Shown here: in pieces, positions 1-9,678 of the stretch
Layout: every line of letters begins with the position of its first letter
Numbering within the stretch: position 1 is the stretch's first letter
IMG/VR virus record: IMGVR_UViG_3300035146_000036
Reading direction: 5' to 3' (one strand)
Origin: a virus
DNA length: 64,000 nt
The notes under the pieces: model-generated
What the model was told of the DNA's origin: nothing
What the model saw: only the letters and a program-made list of their open reading frames with translations
Database searches by the model: none
Position numbers and translations under genes: made by a program

Positions 1-74
1 TGTTTAGATGGGAAACAATATGATTGAATTGGCTAAGCAGCAAACTAGAAGATAGTTATAGATAATTAGGTTCT

Positions 75-90
75 GCGAACTCGAGTTCGC
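75..90. promoter_or_regulatory. palindrome GCGAACTCGAGTTCGC copy 1
   Basis: Exact 16-mer; extended cTGCGAACTCGAGTTCGCAg. Confidence 0.7.
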
Positions 91-121
91 AGAAAAAACT
101 TTAGAAAAAAACTTAAAAAAG

Positions 122-150
122 TTGACAAACCATTTTTAAGGTTTTAAAAT
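122..150 (+). promoter_or_regulatory. sigma-70-type promoter TTGACAAA-N17-TAAAAT
   Basis: gTTGACAaaccatttttaaggttttTAAAAT; the 20-mer is identical to the promoter at 34639. Confidence 0.55.
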
Positions 151-195
151 CAAAGTAGATACTCAACAAGATGTTGAGAAAAATGGAGAGAAAAA

Positions 196-585
196 ATGAG
201 AAGTAAAAATTTTCAAAGATTGATTGATAAATATGGGGAAGATCGTATTAATGTTGGGGTTGATGGAGAGGAATTTTTGTATTTTTTTTCTGAAGGTCAA
301 GAGTATATTGCCTATGAGAACGGTGATATAGCAGAATTATATGAAGACAAGAAGACAGACAATTTTATAGAAGCGTGGAGATGGGGTAATGATAAAGGAG
401 AAGGATATAGTATTGGGGAAGAGTATCAGAGTCCGATGGAGGCAGCACAATCGGACGGATTGACTTGTATTATACAGATTAGTACAGATGGGTCTGTATT
501 GGGTTATAAAGAAGATGGAAGTGCTATTGTTGTATGTTGGTCTCATGGACCATGGGCGGTTGATGTAACTGATTATATGGAGTAA
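196..585 (+). CDS. hypothetical protein
   Basis: ORF track; + strand; RBS-like gagagaaaaaATG; downstream of TTGACA promoter at 122. Confidence 0.55.
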   Translation: MRSKNFQRLIDKYGEDRINVGVDGEEFLYFFSEGQEYIAYENGDIAELYEDKKTDNFIEAWRWGNDKGEGYSIGEEYQSPMEAAQSDGLTCIIQISTDGSVLGYKEDGSAIVVCWSHGPWAVDVTDYME

Positions 586-782
586 GATATGAGTAATTGT
601 ATAGATATAGAATTTACAGGACTGGAATTGAAAAAGGCAATTTCATATTTAAAGTTATCGATAGAGGTAAATAAAGATGCTGTTAAAAAAGCAGAGGAAT
701 GTTTGAATAGGTTGGTTAACTTGTGTGATTGTTTAGAAATACAAAAAGAATTTTACAGATAAAATAAGTAATATATCAAAAG

Positions 783-1151
783 TTGACAATATGGAGGGTT
801 GAGATGGGATATGCATCATATAATAGAGGGTCTAGTACTATTTCTCGTCAAATTGACATGGAACAACATGACCCATTATTTGATGTTATTGATTCTTTAA
901 ATAGCACAAAAAAAATAAGAACAAAATTTGATATTATTGGTATGGAACGTAAATTTTTTCAACCTTTTAAAAATGGTAAAATTAGTTTTGGAAACAATGG
1001 GTGGTGGTTCGAGGATGCTTCTAAAGTGGGCGGTTTTGGATATCATTATAAAACAATACGAGAAGTTTTGGCTAGTTGGGATATTATGGTAACTGGTATT
1101 GATGTAACTGGTAAAACGCCGATTTATTATACAGAGAATATAAATGAGTAA
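783..1151 (+). CDS. hypothetical protein (start probably ATG 804)
   Basis: ORF track; GGAGGG RBS precedes ATG 804. Confidence 0.5.
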   Translation: MTIWRVEMGYASYNRGSSTISRQIDMEQHDPLFDVIDSLNSTKKIRTKFDIIGMERKFFQPFKNGKISFGNNGWWFEDASKVGGFGYHYKTIREVLASWDIMVTGIDVTGKTPIYYTENINE

Positions 1152-1383
1152 AGTATCAAAAGTAGATATTATGTTGTTGGATGATGGGCTTGTTTTTGTA
1201 TGTGAAGCTAAAGGAAAGTTTGAGACTTGTGATTACACTGATGGATATAAAAACAGATGTCCATACAAGAGTAATCTAGGGTGTATTTGTGTAAATGATA
1301 GAGCAATAGAGGTTGCTCTGAAAAGGATGAAGCAAGCCATTTGTGATGAGATGAAAAGAAGGGGAATAACAGGAATGAAGTAA
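1144..1383 (+). CDS. small Cys-rich protein
   Basis: ORF track; overlapping-start gene packing. Confidence 0.5.
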   Translation: MSKVSKVDIMLLDDGLVFVCEAKGKFETCDYTDGYKNRCPYKSNLGCICVNDRAIEVALKRMKQAICDEMKRRGITGMK

Positions 1384-1629
1384 ATGTCAAAAGAAGTATT
1401 TTATCCAGTAGTAATTTATCGGGTTGATGAAGAAAACGAACCATATTTTATAGCATACCTTCCAGATTTTGGTGAAGCGGCATGTAGTGCCGTTGGAGAA
1501 ACAGAAGAAGAAGCATTATTGGAATTGAAGAATGTAAGACATGATGTAATTGAGTATTATAAAAAAAACGAGAGAGAATTGCCTAAGCCGTTTTCTAAGA
1601 AAGATATTCATTTTGGTTGGAGACATTGA
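1384..1629 (+). CDS. HicB-like / UPF0150 family protein (RNase H-like fold antitoxin-type)
   Basis: Motif YPVVIYRVDEENEPYFIAYLPDFGEAACSAVGETEEEALLEL resembles the HicB N-terminal domain. Confidence 0.6.
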   Translation: MSKEVFYPVVIYRVDEENEPYFIAYLPDFGEAACSAVGETEEEALLELKNVRHDVIEYYKKNERELPKPFSKKDIHFGWRH

Positions 1630-1641
1630 AAGGTAGATATA

Positions 1642-1944
1642 ATGAAGAGGTATACACAAGAAGATGTAGATAGGTGGGTTGAAGAGAACGGAGAGACAGA
1701 TGCGTATGGTTTGTTTAGAGAAGTCTTGCCTGGATATGATAAAAAGCTGGATCGGCTTGACAAAAGGATAGCTAAACTTTTGTCAGAAATTAGAGATGTA
1801 TTTCCAGATGCAGAATACTACACTGCTAGTGGTGGATTTAGTCTTGTTTTGGGCTGTACCCACGGGGGGTATGATGGAGAACAAGCTCAACAACAAAGAA
1901 CAGCGTGGGGAGGGTCTGCAGAAATAGGCGATGGAGATTGGTAA
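1642..1944 (+). CDS. hypothetical protein
   Basis: ORF track. Confidence 0.5.
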   Translation: MKRYTQEDVDRWVEENGETDAYGLFREVLPGYDKKLDRLDKRIAKLLSEIRDVFPDAEYYTASGGFSLVLGCTHGGYDGEQAQQQRTAWGGSAEIGDGDW

Positions 1945-2000
1945 TGGTAATGGTAATCAAAAGAACGGAAAAAGAAGAAGCATGTTGGTGAATAAATAAT

Positions 2001-2636
2001 ATGAATAATATTCAAGAAAATGATTTGGTAAAGAAATATATTGATATAGCAAAGGGTGTTGCAAGGTTATATTCTGCGGTTACGCCAGACCATATTTCAT
2101 TCGATGATTTGTTTTCGGCTGGATTGATAGGTATTTTAAATTCTATTAGATCTGGAAAAACAAGATGTGTTAAGGCAAGAGTGGTTTGGGCAATCAAGGA
2201 AGAACTGAGAAGATGTGATTTTGTAGATAAACAAAAACGAAAAAAGATCAATGATATTGAAATAGCTAAAGATGAATTATTTGTTAAATTGGGTAGATAT
2301 CCTACAGATATCGAAATTGCAGAAGAAGTTGGAATGAGTTTTGATGGATACAATAAATTTATACTTATGCATCAGGATTATAGATTATATGATGAGTTAG
2401 AAGATGTAGTTGTTGAAGATGAGGCTTTTTATGACGGTATTTTAGTTCGAGAAGTAGTTACTCGTGCGAATTTAAGTGACCGAGAATTGAAAATTTTAAG
2501 ATTACTGTATGTTGATGGGTATACGTTGGCAGAGGTAGGCAAACAAATAGGAGTAATAGAATCGAGAGTATGTCAGATAAAAAAAGAGATTTTGGCAAAG
2601 ATAAGTGATGCTATTTCTGTTGATAAAGTAGCTTGA
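2001..2636 (+). CDS. RNA polymerase sigma factor (sigma-70 family, FliA/SigF-like size)
   Basis: Region 2-like N-terminus; C-terminal region 4 HTH ELKILRLLYVDGYTLAEVGKQIGVIESRVCQIKKEILAK. Confidence 0.8.
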   Translation: MNNIQENDLVKKYIDIAKGVARLYSAVTPDHISFDDLFSAGLIGILNSIRSGKTRCVKARVVWAIKEELRRCDFVDKQKRKKINDIEIAKDELFVKLGRYPTDIEIAEEVGMSFDGYNKFILMHQDYRLYDELEDVVVEDEAFYDGILVREVVTRANLSDRELKILRLLYVDGYTLAEVGKQIGVIESRVCQIKKEILAKISDAISVDKVA

Positions 2637-2653
2637 TGTTTTTTTAAAAAAAA

Positions 2654-2682
2654 GTTGACTAAACGTGTTTTTTGTTGTAAAG
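2654..2682 (+). promoter_or_regulatory. sigma-70-type promoter TTGACT-N17-TAAAGA
   Basis: A-tract upstream; precedes the cca gene. Confidence 0.4.
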
Positions 2683-2722
2683 ATCATAGTAGGATGATGA
2701 CTAAGATGGTCATGGAGATACT

Positions 2723-4060
2723 ATGTTAGATACAGTCAAAGATTTTGCAAATAAGTATTTTAAATGTTTTCCTGTATATCTTGTAGGAGGGGGTGTCATA
2801 GATTATCTTTGTGATCGTATTCCAAAAGATTTTGACATAGAAATTTATGGTTTATCAATAGACGAAATTTCAGACATATTAAAATCCAATGGTTTTGACG
2901 TTAATTTTGTTGGGGCAAGTTTTGGAATAATCAAGACAGTATACAAGAATATTGATTTGGATATTTCTGTTCCCAGGGTAGATAATAGAATTGGGAAAGG
3001 TCATAAAGGATTTGATTGTTCTTTTCCTTCCAATATTTCGCCGAAAGAAGCGTCAAGAAGAAGAGATTTGACGATTAATTCAATTTTTTTAGATCTTCAT
3101 ACTTTGGATATTCATGATCCATGGGGAGGAGTTGAGGATTTAAGCAAGGGTGTGCTGAAAGCAACTGATTCAACAACATTTATTGAGGACCCGTTGAGGG
3201 TGCTTAGGGTTATGCAACTGTTAGCAAGGAAGGGAAAAAGTGTTGATTCAGATACTGTTGACTTATGTATTAGTATGGTCGATAGTTTTGTTGATTTGCC
3301 CCAAGAAAGAGTTTTTGAAGAGTTTGTGAAGCTTTTTAGTGCTAGTCGTCCATCAAAAGGGTTAAGGTTTTTGGTAGATTCAAATTGGATTTTTTGTTTT
3401 CCAGAGTTGGAAAGCCTTATTGGATGTAAACAACATCCAGAATGGCATCCAGAAGGAGATGTCTGGGAACATACTCTAAGAGTTGTTGATTGGGCAGCTA
3501 AAGAGAAAGAAAATTTGGATGAGGATTGGCGTTTGGCGTTCATGTTTGGGGCATTGCTACATGACATTGGGAAGCCAGTGGTTGTGTCTGATGATTTTAC
3601 TTGTCATGGCCATGATTTGGCTGGAGAGCCATTGACTAGGTCATTCATGGAAAGGATTACAAGGGATAAGGAACTGATTGATAGAGTTGTTTGTATTGTT
3701 AGAAATCATATGAGATGTGGACAACTTAGTTTTGGCGATGCTAAGAAATCAGGATGGAAGAGATTACATAATGACCTTAGGTTGGATGTTGTAGCATTTC
3801 TTTCTAAGTGTGATTCATTGTCTAGATATAGTGAAGAATATGTATCAGGAATGGAATATGAGCCAAGTATGGTTGCTTTGCAGTATTTTGATGAATTTGG
3901 GAAAAAGCCAATTAAGCCTGTATTGATGGGGAGACATTTGATTGATGCAGGAATGAAGCCTGGCCCAGAGTTTGGTAAGATCTTGGATAGGGCATATGAT
4001 ATCCAAATTGAAGACGGAATTTCTTGTCTAGACACATTGTTGAGGTTGGTTAATGGGTGA
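2723..4060 (+). CDS. cca: CCA-adding tRNA nucleotidyltransferase with HD domain
   Basis: Pol-beta NTase head GGGVIDYL..DFDIEI; RRDLTINS motif; HD motif LLHDIGK; 445 aa. Confidence 0.8.
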   Translation: MLDTVKDFANKYFKCFPVYLVGGGVIDYLCDRIPKDFDIEIYGLSIDEISDILKSNGFDVNFVGASFGIIKTVYKNIDLDISVPRVDNRIGKGHKGFDCSFPSNISPKEASRRRDLTINSIFLDLHTLDIHDPWGGVEDLSKGVLKATDSTTFIEDPLRVLRVMQLLARKGKSVDSDTVDLCISMVDSFVDLPQERVFEEFVKLFSASRPSKGLRFLVDSNWIFCFPELESLIGCKQHPEWHPEGDVWEHTLRVVDWAAKEKENLDEDWRLAFMFGALLHDIGKPVVVSDDFTCHGHDLAGEPLTRSFMERITRDKELIDRVVCIVRNHMRCGQLSFGDAKKSGWKRLHNDLRLDVVAFLSKCDSLSRYSEEYVSGMEYEPSMVALQYFDEFGKKPIKPVLMGRHLIDAGMKPGPEFGKILDRAYDIQIEDGISCLDTLLRLVNG

Positions 4061-4114
4061 AACAACTGGCTTGGAACTGTTTTAATACAAGCCGATGAGG
4101 CGAAAAACGAAAAG

Positions 4115-4399
4115 GTGAAGAAAGATATGCAATACACGATAGAAAGTGATAGGTTGTGGAAATTCGTTGAGGAGTTGCTTGTGTTTCCATTTCCTCAGAT
4201 ATGTAGACACACTGTGGTTTGCATGCTTGCAGATGCTTTTATGGAAAAAATTCACGCAGAGGACCCTCGCTTCAAAAGTTTTTGCCGTCATGTTGTCCGT
4301 GCTGATGACGATGAGGCACTTGAGATGCTTTATGAATTGAGAGAGAAGGACAACAGGTCAACAAAAGAAAAGAAAAAAGATGAGACCGGCAATTTATAG
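4115..4399 (+). CDS. hypothetical protein
   Basis: ORF track. Confidence 0.45.
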   Translation: MKKDMQYTIESDRLWKFVEELLVFPFPQICRHTVVCMLADAFMEKIHAEDPRFKSFCRHVVRADDDEALEMLYELREKDNRSTKEKKKDETGNL

Positions 4400-4589
4400 A
4401 TGCATTGGACCTAATTGTAAAGGTGGTAGTGAAACAGTAGTTTGTCTTGTGAGAGGTGCAAAGTCAAGACGATATTTATATCATGTTGAATGTTATGAAT
4501 GTGGTGCAAGAGGACCAGGAGGATTAACAAAGGTTGAAGCTATTTCAAATTGGAACAAATTTGTTGAAATAGGAAGTAGAGAATTATGA
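4380..4589 (+). CDS. Lar-family restriction-alleviation-like zinc-ribbon protein
   Basis: C..C...CYECGARGP...EAISNWNKF matches the Lar family signature; paralogs at 14206 and 14381. Confidence 0.55.
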   Translation: MRPAIYRCIGPNCKGGSETVVCLVRGAKSRRYLYHVECYECGARGPGGLTKVEAISNWNKFVEIGSREL

Positions 4590-4930
4590 GATACAAACGT
4601 AGTTTGTTTCCATTTTTGATTTCTTTGATATGGCCAATTTGGATAGTAGTTTTTATATTTTTAATTAATAACCCGCAAGGAGTTTTGAAAATGAAAAAAA
4701 CAGAAATTGATAGTCCTGGATTATGGTTGGTTAAGTTTCATGGAGATGAAGCGACATCAGTAATTCGTATAATTAGAAGAAGACATGTTCAGGATAAGGG
4801 TGATTCACTTTTAATTTGTGACAATCCTGGAATGCCAAGGCAAGGAGTAACTCCATTTTGGATTACCAAAAAACATTTGGAAAAAGTATACAGAAAGATA
4901 AAAGACCCGCTTGGTATTGAAGAGTATTAA
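4586..4930 (+). CDS. hypothetical membrane-anchored protein
   Basis: Hydrophobic N-terminus LISLIWPIWIVVFIFLI. Confidence 0.5.
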   Translation: MRYKRSLFPFLISLIWPIWIVVFIFLINNPQGVLKMKKTEIDSPGLWLVKFHGDEATSVIRIIRRRHVQDKGDSLLICDNPGMPRQGVTPFWITKKHLEKVYRKIKDPLGIEEY

Positions 4931-4962
4931 GGAATAATATTATAGGAAGTAAATGGAATAAT

Positions 4963-5148
4963 ATGGGAAAAAGAGATTCTAGGAAAAAGAAAAATAGACC
5001 AAGAAAAAGGTCTAGAGTGTTTGGGTCTAAAAAGCATGAAGAGCAAAATGCTATTCTACAGAGAGCTGCGAAAGATGCAGTGAACGATTATGAGAATGAC
5101 CGTGAATTAGTGTGGGATGACGCAGAGGAACCACTTGATTATTACTAA
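4963..5148 (+). CDS. small basic protein
   Basis: ORF track; K/R-rich N-terminus. Confidence 0.4.
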   Translation: MGKRDSRKKKNRPRKRSRVFGSKKHEEQNAILQRAAKDAVNDYENDRELVWDDAEEPLDYY

Positions 5149-5416
5149 AAAATCTTGTGTTAGATGTGGACATTGTTGTACACAATATTTTACCGTTATA
5201 GTTGTAATCCCTGAGTTGGGGCCAAGAAAAGACAATATAAGGTCAATAAATATGCTTGAAGAGAGATGTCCACATTTAGAAGGAGACCGGCCAGGAGAAT
5301 ACTCTTGTAGGATACATCATTATGAATGGTTCAAGGATACACCTTGCGGACAATATAATTCAGACGGTTGTACATTAGGAGAATACGTCATTAGTAATAG
5401 TAAGAAGGATGATTGA
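5117..5416 (+). CDS. Cys-rich hypothetical protein
   Basis: ORF track; CxxCxxCC cluster. Confidence 0.45.
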   Translation: MTQRNHLIITKKSCVRCGHCCTQYFTVIVVIPELGPRKDNIRSINMLEERCPHLEGDRPGEYSCRIHHYEWFKDTPCGQYNSDGCTLGEYVISNSKKDD

Positions 5417-5706
5417 TAGAGTGACTGGTTCAAAACAGAAAAGATTTATTTGAATTCATGATTATGGACCATTTGAGATATGTGAATATGAACAAAGATA
5501 TTTTCTTGAAATAGCAATATGGAAATCATCAGAAAAAGTATCAGGATGGTTGCTGCAGTGGGTGAGAAAAGAAGATGGAAGACCTCTTTCGTTCAAAAGA
5601 AGATGTGATGCAAGTAGATATGCAGGAAGACACTTTAAAGACTACGAAAGACAACACTGGACAATATCTTGTGGTAAATAAAGAATAAAATAAAGAATAA
5701 AAAGTG

Positions 5707-5735
5707 TTGACAAACTATTGATAACTAGATAATAT
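5707..5735 (+). promoter_or_regulatory. sigma-70-type promoter TTGACA-N17-TAATAT
   Basis: gtgTTGACAaactattgataactagaTAATAT. Confidence 0.55.
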
Positions 5736-5811
5736 ATTTACTTGATAAAAATATAATAATATTGAATCGATAGGAAATATAAGGAATAAACAATATTTAG
5801 GAGATAATAAA

Positions 5812-5955
5812 ATGGATGCTGCAATCATAATTATAGTGCTTTTGGCTGTAGGCTTTCTTGTAGCAGTTAGAATAGTTGGGATTAATAAGGGGGAGAAGAA
5901 CCCAGAAGAAGATGAAGATTGTCAAGAAGATGATGTTGGAGATAAAGAAGAATAG
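5812..5955 (+). CDS. small membrane/acidic-tail peptide (47 aa)
   Basis: Found by hand, ATG 5812; MDAAIIIIVLLAVGFLVAVRIVG + acidic tail; RBS aggagataataaaATG; TTGACA promoter at 5707. Confidence 0.4.
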   Translation: MDAAIIIIVLLAVGFLVAVRIVGINKGEKNPEEDEDCQEDDVGDKEE

Positions 5956-6142
5956 AGTATGGAGATAGAGTTTTGAAACGATACGTATTTTATGTAGACA
6001 CAGGGAATACAGGTGATTTGTCTCCTGAAGCAAAAGTTCGTCTTGAAAAGATAAGAAGCAAATATAAAAACAAAGAAGTTGATTTTAACAGTAATCTTAT
6101 TGGTACAGATGGTCATATAGATGATGAAAAGGGGAAAAATTA

Positions 6143-6355
6143 ATGAGTACTTGGAATGTTGAGAGTATTTTAGAAGAGAAGTTTCATGAGAAGAATGGAA
6201 GAGTTGGTAAGGTGTTTGGGGTAGATATAACAACTAGGTTTTCTAAAGAAGCGCTGGTTGGTATGATAGCTATGTTGGCTGATATGATGAAAGAAGAAGA
6301 TGCAAAAAGACATCATAAGATGATGTCATTTTTTCAGGCAAATAAACATGGGTAG
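6143..6355 (+). CDS. hypothetical protein
   Basis: ORF track; RBS aaggggaaaaattaATG. Confidence 0.5.
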   Translation: MSTWNVESILEEKFHEKNGRVGKVFGVDITTRFSKEALVGMIAMLADMMKEEDAKRHHKMMSFFQANKHG

Positions 6356-6731
6356 AAAGAAGAAAGAAAAAGTTAAAAGTGGTCAGCATCCATTTTGGGC
6401 ATTGTTATCAGAGTTGAAGGCTGAAGAGTTTGATAAAAATGTGACACTTTCTATTGGTGATATGGAGGCTAGATTAATTGCCACTTGGCCAAAAGTTACA
6501 AGAACAGTACTTAGTACACCTTTTGAAAATAAAAATATTCATGAAGCATGGAACTATATTGATTTTTATGCTGGTGGTTGGGCTAAGGCTGCTCTTGTGG
6601 ATGAAGATATAGTATGGAAGAAGTGGCAAGGATTAGCCAATACAAAGTTGATATATCCTGATGGGACATATCCTGATGAAGTTAGAACTGTATTGTTGGC
6701 TAAGGCAGATGCTTTGGCTAAGTTGAAATGA
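6348..6731 (+). CDS. hypothetical protein
   Basis: ORF track. Confidence 0.5.
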   Translation: MGRKKKEKVKSGQHPFWALLSELKAEEFDKNVTLSIGDMEARLIATWPKVTRTVLSTPFENKNIHEAWNYIDFYAGGWAKAALVDEDIVWKKWQGLANTKLIYPDGTYPDEVRTVLLAKADALAKLK

Positions 6732-7029
6732 TTGATTTTTTTTAAGGGTTATATGAAGATGGAATTATTATTAGAGAGTGTTTTTACTTTTGTTATCGGG
6801 GCGATTATTGGGGCGATAGTAGGATTTTTTGTGAAGATAATAAAGAAACGAAATTGATTTCGTAAGAAATAAATTGAAAGATGCTTTGGCTAATTTGAGG
6901 TGATAAAATGGATTTGTCAGAGTCTATATTGAAATTGAAATTTATTATTGATATTGTAATAGTAGTTGGAATTGTAACTATAATAGGAATTATAATAGGA
7001 ATTATTATTATATGGCGATATGAACTCAA

Positions 7030-7045
7030 ACGAACTCGAGTTCGC
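7030..7045. promoter_or_regulatory. palindrome copy 2 (aCGAACTCGAGTTCGC)
   Basis: 15/16 match, 22 nt upstream of ATG 7068. Confidence 0.7.
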
Positions 7046-7067
7046 AAAGCAAGAAATGAGTTGAAAG

Positions 7068-7358
7068 ATGTATAAAGAAAATTGTTGTAGTTTAAACATA
7101 GATGACATGAAGGGTTCTTTTTTGTGTAAGGCTATAGAAGATCTTGGATCTGGTCAGATGAGATGTACTGGGTTTAAGCGTGATGATAAAGAAGGATGTA
7201 GTAATGGATGTAAGTATAATATTATGTTTTCATGTCATAATATTGAGTTGCAATTGAAAACATTAGATGAATTGATAGAAAAATTGGGTATTTTAAAGGG
7301 ACAATTGGTCATAGAATTTGGTAAAAAGATGTATGAGCAAGTAAATGGTAATTCATAA
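7068..7358 (+). CDS. Cys-rich hypothetical protein
   Basis: ORF track; follows palindrome copy 2. Confidence 0.5.
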   Translation: MYKENCCSLNIDDMKGSFLCKAIEDLGSGQMRCTGFKRDDKEGCSNGCKYNIMFSCHNIELQLKTLDELIEKLGILKGQLVIEFGKKMYEQVNGNS

Positions 7359-7557
7359 TGTGGTCTGTGATGGATGTGGAAAAGAATGTGTTGGATTTCC
7401 TCCTCTTGAATTGAATAAGAGGGGGAGCAATAGGGATAAACTACATAAGATACGGTATATGTATTCTCTCTGTGGGTGGAGAGTGAATCTTCCTGGTGGA
7501 AAAGATTATTGTCCAGAATGTTGGGAGAAGATGAAAGATGAAGGAAAGCGTTTTTGA
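7345..7557 (+). CDS. zinc-ribbon protein
   Basis: CDGCGK...CPEC pairs. Confidence 0.5.
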   Translation: MVIHNVVCDGCGKECVGFPPLELNKRGSNRDKLHKIRYMYSLCGWRVNLPGGKDYCPECWEKMKDEGKRF

Positions 7558-7822
7558 TATAAAACAAGATCGGCCTGCAAAGAGAATACAGCAGGCTCTT
7601 TATAAAGAGAGAGACAAAGATGGAAGTAAATTGTTGTCACCATTAGAATGGCAACAGGCTGAAATAAATGTATTATGGAACGCCGTGAATGATGAGAGAA
7701 AGAAGATTGGCAAGGGGCCAATTAGAATAACTAGAATAGAGGATGTTGAAAAAACTGCCTTTGGTCATATTGATTATGTACATAAAATAGCAATCTATTG
7801 TGAAGAATTGGTTTATGAGTAA
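7538..7822 (+). CDS. hypothetical protein
   Basis: ORF track. Confidence 0.5.
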   Translation: MKESVFDIKQDRPAKRIQQALYKERDKDGSKLLSPLEWQQAEINVLWNAVNDERKKIGKGPIRITRIEDVEKTAFGHIDYVHKIAIYCEELVYE

Positions 7823-7825
7823 GTT

Positions 7826-8041
7826 ATGAAAAGGAGATTTGATATAGGTGATTCTGTAATAGTTGATGATGAAAATTCTATGTTAAATCAAAGGCATGGT
7901 TTTGTTAGTGGATATAATGAATCACGTGGTTATTATGTGGAATTCAAAACAACAATAACCATAATAGGTGGAAAGAATTTTTATTATTCTTGGTTTAAAG
8001 AGGAACAATTGAGGGATGGAAAAGGTCCATGTCTTTATTGA
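7826..8041 (+). CDS. hypothetical protein
   Basis: ORF track. Confidence 0.5.
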   Translation: MKRRFDIGDSVIVDDENSMLNQRHGFVSGYNESRGYYVEFKTTITIIGGKNFYYSWFKEEQLRDGKGPCLY

Positions 8042-8056
8042 TTATATGAAATAGGT

Positions 8057-8413
8057 TTGGTGTATATGATAATAGTTGCAATAGTTTGTGATAATTGTGG
8101 GCGTCAATACAGTCATAGAGAATTTAAAGAAGAGATTATTGATGATTTGCTTGATGCTCTCGAGACAAGAGGAATAAATAAGGATTTATGTACTGATTGT
8201 TCATTGGAAATATCTAAAGATAGACCAATGTGGGAAGATATTACTCTTGCAGAAGGAATAGATATACGGTTGTGTAGGGCACCATCTATGAAATCTATGG
8301 CTTTTGAATGTTCGAAGAGTGTTTTTGAAAAAGATGCTGATATTTGTAAATATTATTGTGACAGAGAGATTGGTGATACGGAATTTGGTCTTTGTTTATT
8401 CAAAGATGAATAA
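8057..8413 (+). CDS. Cys-rich zinc-ribbon protein
   Basis: CDNCG...CTDC...C...C. Confidence 0.5.
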   Translation: MVYMIIVAIVCDNCGRQYSHREFKEEIIDDLLDALETRGINKDLCTDCSLEISKDRPMWEDITLAEGIDIRLCRAPSMKSMAFECSKSVFEKDADICKYYCDREIGDTEFGLCLFKDE

Positions 8414-8526
8414 AAATAATATAATTTGGTGAATAAATATTCGTTATTTTATGGAAACCTCGGGATATAGAAAAAACGGATGAAAACTGTGAATAATTAT
8501 TCATAAAATATAGAAAGAGAGTTGAG

Positions 8527-8715
8527 ATGTATATACCAGACCCATTAGAGATTTTAGAGTCAAGAGAAGATAGAATGATAGATGAATTTGTTGATGAGTA
8601 TACTTGTATGGAATGTGGAAAACGGTTTGATTATGAAATGACGTGCGTTGACCCATTGGGTTGTGGACCAATTGTATGTGATGAGTGTTTGGGGGTAATT
8701 TTTGATGTTAGATAA
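8527..8715 (+). CDS. zinc-ribbon protein
   Basis: CMECGK...CDEC. Confidence 0.5.
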   Translation: MYIPDPLEILESREDRMIDEFVDEYTCMECGKRFDYEMTCVDPLGCGPIVCDECLGVIFDVR

Positions 8716-8929
8716 AATACGAAAAAGTGATTTAAAAAAAGGTATGTGGGTTGCTTATATTGCTAATCAAGTAAATTATGGTGGGGAAATAGAAGTTGGA
8801 AGAGTGAAAAGTTGGAATGATAAGTTTGTTTTTGTAGTATATAAATGTGCTGAAAATTGGGATCGGTATGAAGATTATACTGGAGTTGCTACAAAAATAG
8901 AGGATTTAGTTATATATGATGGGGATTGA
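8702..8929 (+). CDS. hypothetical protein
   Basis: ORF track. Confidence 0.5.
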   Translation: MMLDKIRKSDLKKGMWVAYIANQVNYGGEIEVGRVKSWNDKFVFVVYKCAENWDRYEDYTGVATKIEDLVIYDGD

Positions 8930-9245
8930 TATGATAATTGCAGCACCCAATTTACCGGATAAATATCATTTAGAATATGTAAAAAAAGAAATGAAGAAAC
9001 TTGGTGTACCTAAAATTAGAGCTATATGGTCAAAAACACATAATATATGGTTTGCAGCAGAAGGGTCACATCGTATTGCAGCAGCACATAAGGCTGGAAT
9101 AGTTCCTATTATAATTGATATTACTGGAGAAGATGCAATTGTTCAGAAGAATGAAGAGGATACCCAAATGACTGCTAGAGAGTTAGAAGATTGGTTGATT
9201 TCTGACCCTACTGCACCCAGATATGTTTTTGATGAAAATAATTGA
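8916..9245 (+). CDS. ParB/Srx-like nuclease-domain protein
   Basis: AAEGSHRIAAAHKAGIVPII resembles the ParB-N DGxHRxxAA motif. Confidence 0.45.
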   Translation: MMGIDMIIAAPNLPDKYHLEYVKKEMKKLGVPKIRAIWSKTHNIWFAAEGSHRIAAAHKAGIVPIIIDITGEDAIVQKNEEDTQMTARELEDWLISDPTAPRYVFDENN

Positions 9246-9446
9246 ATGGTAATTCGTAATAAAAAATGGAAATATATAGACCCATCTGGTGAATATGAAA
9301 AGACAGAATTAGAGATTTTAGCAGAATATTTTGAATGTTGGTCTGCTAAGATGAGAAAGAATGGAAGAGAGGACCTTATTTCTGAAAAAAGATGTATAGA
9401 TGATTGGGTTGTTACAAATTGGGCTTGGGAAGTGAAAAATGAATAA
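9246..9446 (+). CDS. hypothetical protein
   Basis: ORF track. Confidence 0.5.
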   Translation: MVIRNKKWKYIDPSGEYEKTELEILAEYFECWSAKMRKNGREDLISEKRCIDDWVVTNWAWEVKNE

Positions 9447-9678
9447 AAGAAAAGAAGAAATTTTTGAATCGGTACCTAAATGGGCTGATTTGTATGAGGT
9501 ATCTCATGATACGGTTAAGATGAGAAGTTGTGCTGGTCCTTTTTCACCATTAACTAATTCTCATATGATATTAGGTCCACCAATTTGTACCTTTAGATGT
9601 AAAAAATGTATGTCTATATATGATGAAGGTGATGTAATAGGAGACATAAAATGTCCAAGTTGTGGATATGGAGGATAG
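9439..9678 (+). CDS. zinc-ribbon protein
   Basis: CTFRCKKC...CPSCG. Confidence 0.5.
   Translation: MNKRKEEIFESVPKWADLYEVSHDTVKMRSCAGPFSPLTNSHMILGPPICTFRCKKCMSIYDEGDVIGDIKCPSCGYGG

Noticed and set aside
783-803. Upstream extension of ORF 783..1151 (MTIWRVE...)
   Set aside because: Its first codons overlap a TTGACA promoter-like hexamer, and a GGAGGG RBS precedes ATG 804. The shorter start is more plausible.
3112-3567. Minus-strand ORFs throughout the window (e.g. 3112..3567, 3706..4137, 20069..20440, 20545..21006, 35630..35980, 35913..36323, 45162..45560, 44186..44518)
   Set aside because: All lie antisense inside well-supported + strand genes (cca, thyX, SNF2 and others). They have low-complexity S/L/F-rich translations typical of AT-rich antisense frames and have no RBS. 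Every recognisable gene is on the + strand.
4146-4340. Nested same-strand ORFs (4146..4340, 14750..14947, 15041..15307, 31996..32178, 53081..53347, 58280..58471, 59015..59242)
   Set aside because: They are alternative frames inside larger, better-supported genes, with hydrophobic low-complexity translations.
6908-7075. 55-aa hydrophobic ORF spanning palindrome copy 2 (and similarly 42076..42219 spanning copy 9)
   Set aside because: Coding through the conserved palindrome is more likely coincidental. They are kept only as possible small peptides and not listed as features.
8159-8164. CTCGAG (XhoI) site as a marker of the palindrome
   Set aside because: CTCGAG also occurs outside the 16-bp motif (e.g. 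8159), so the hexamer alone is not diagnostic. Only the full 16-mer is counted.
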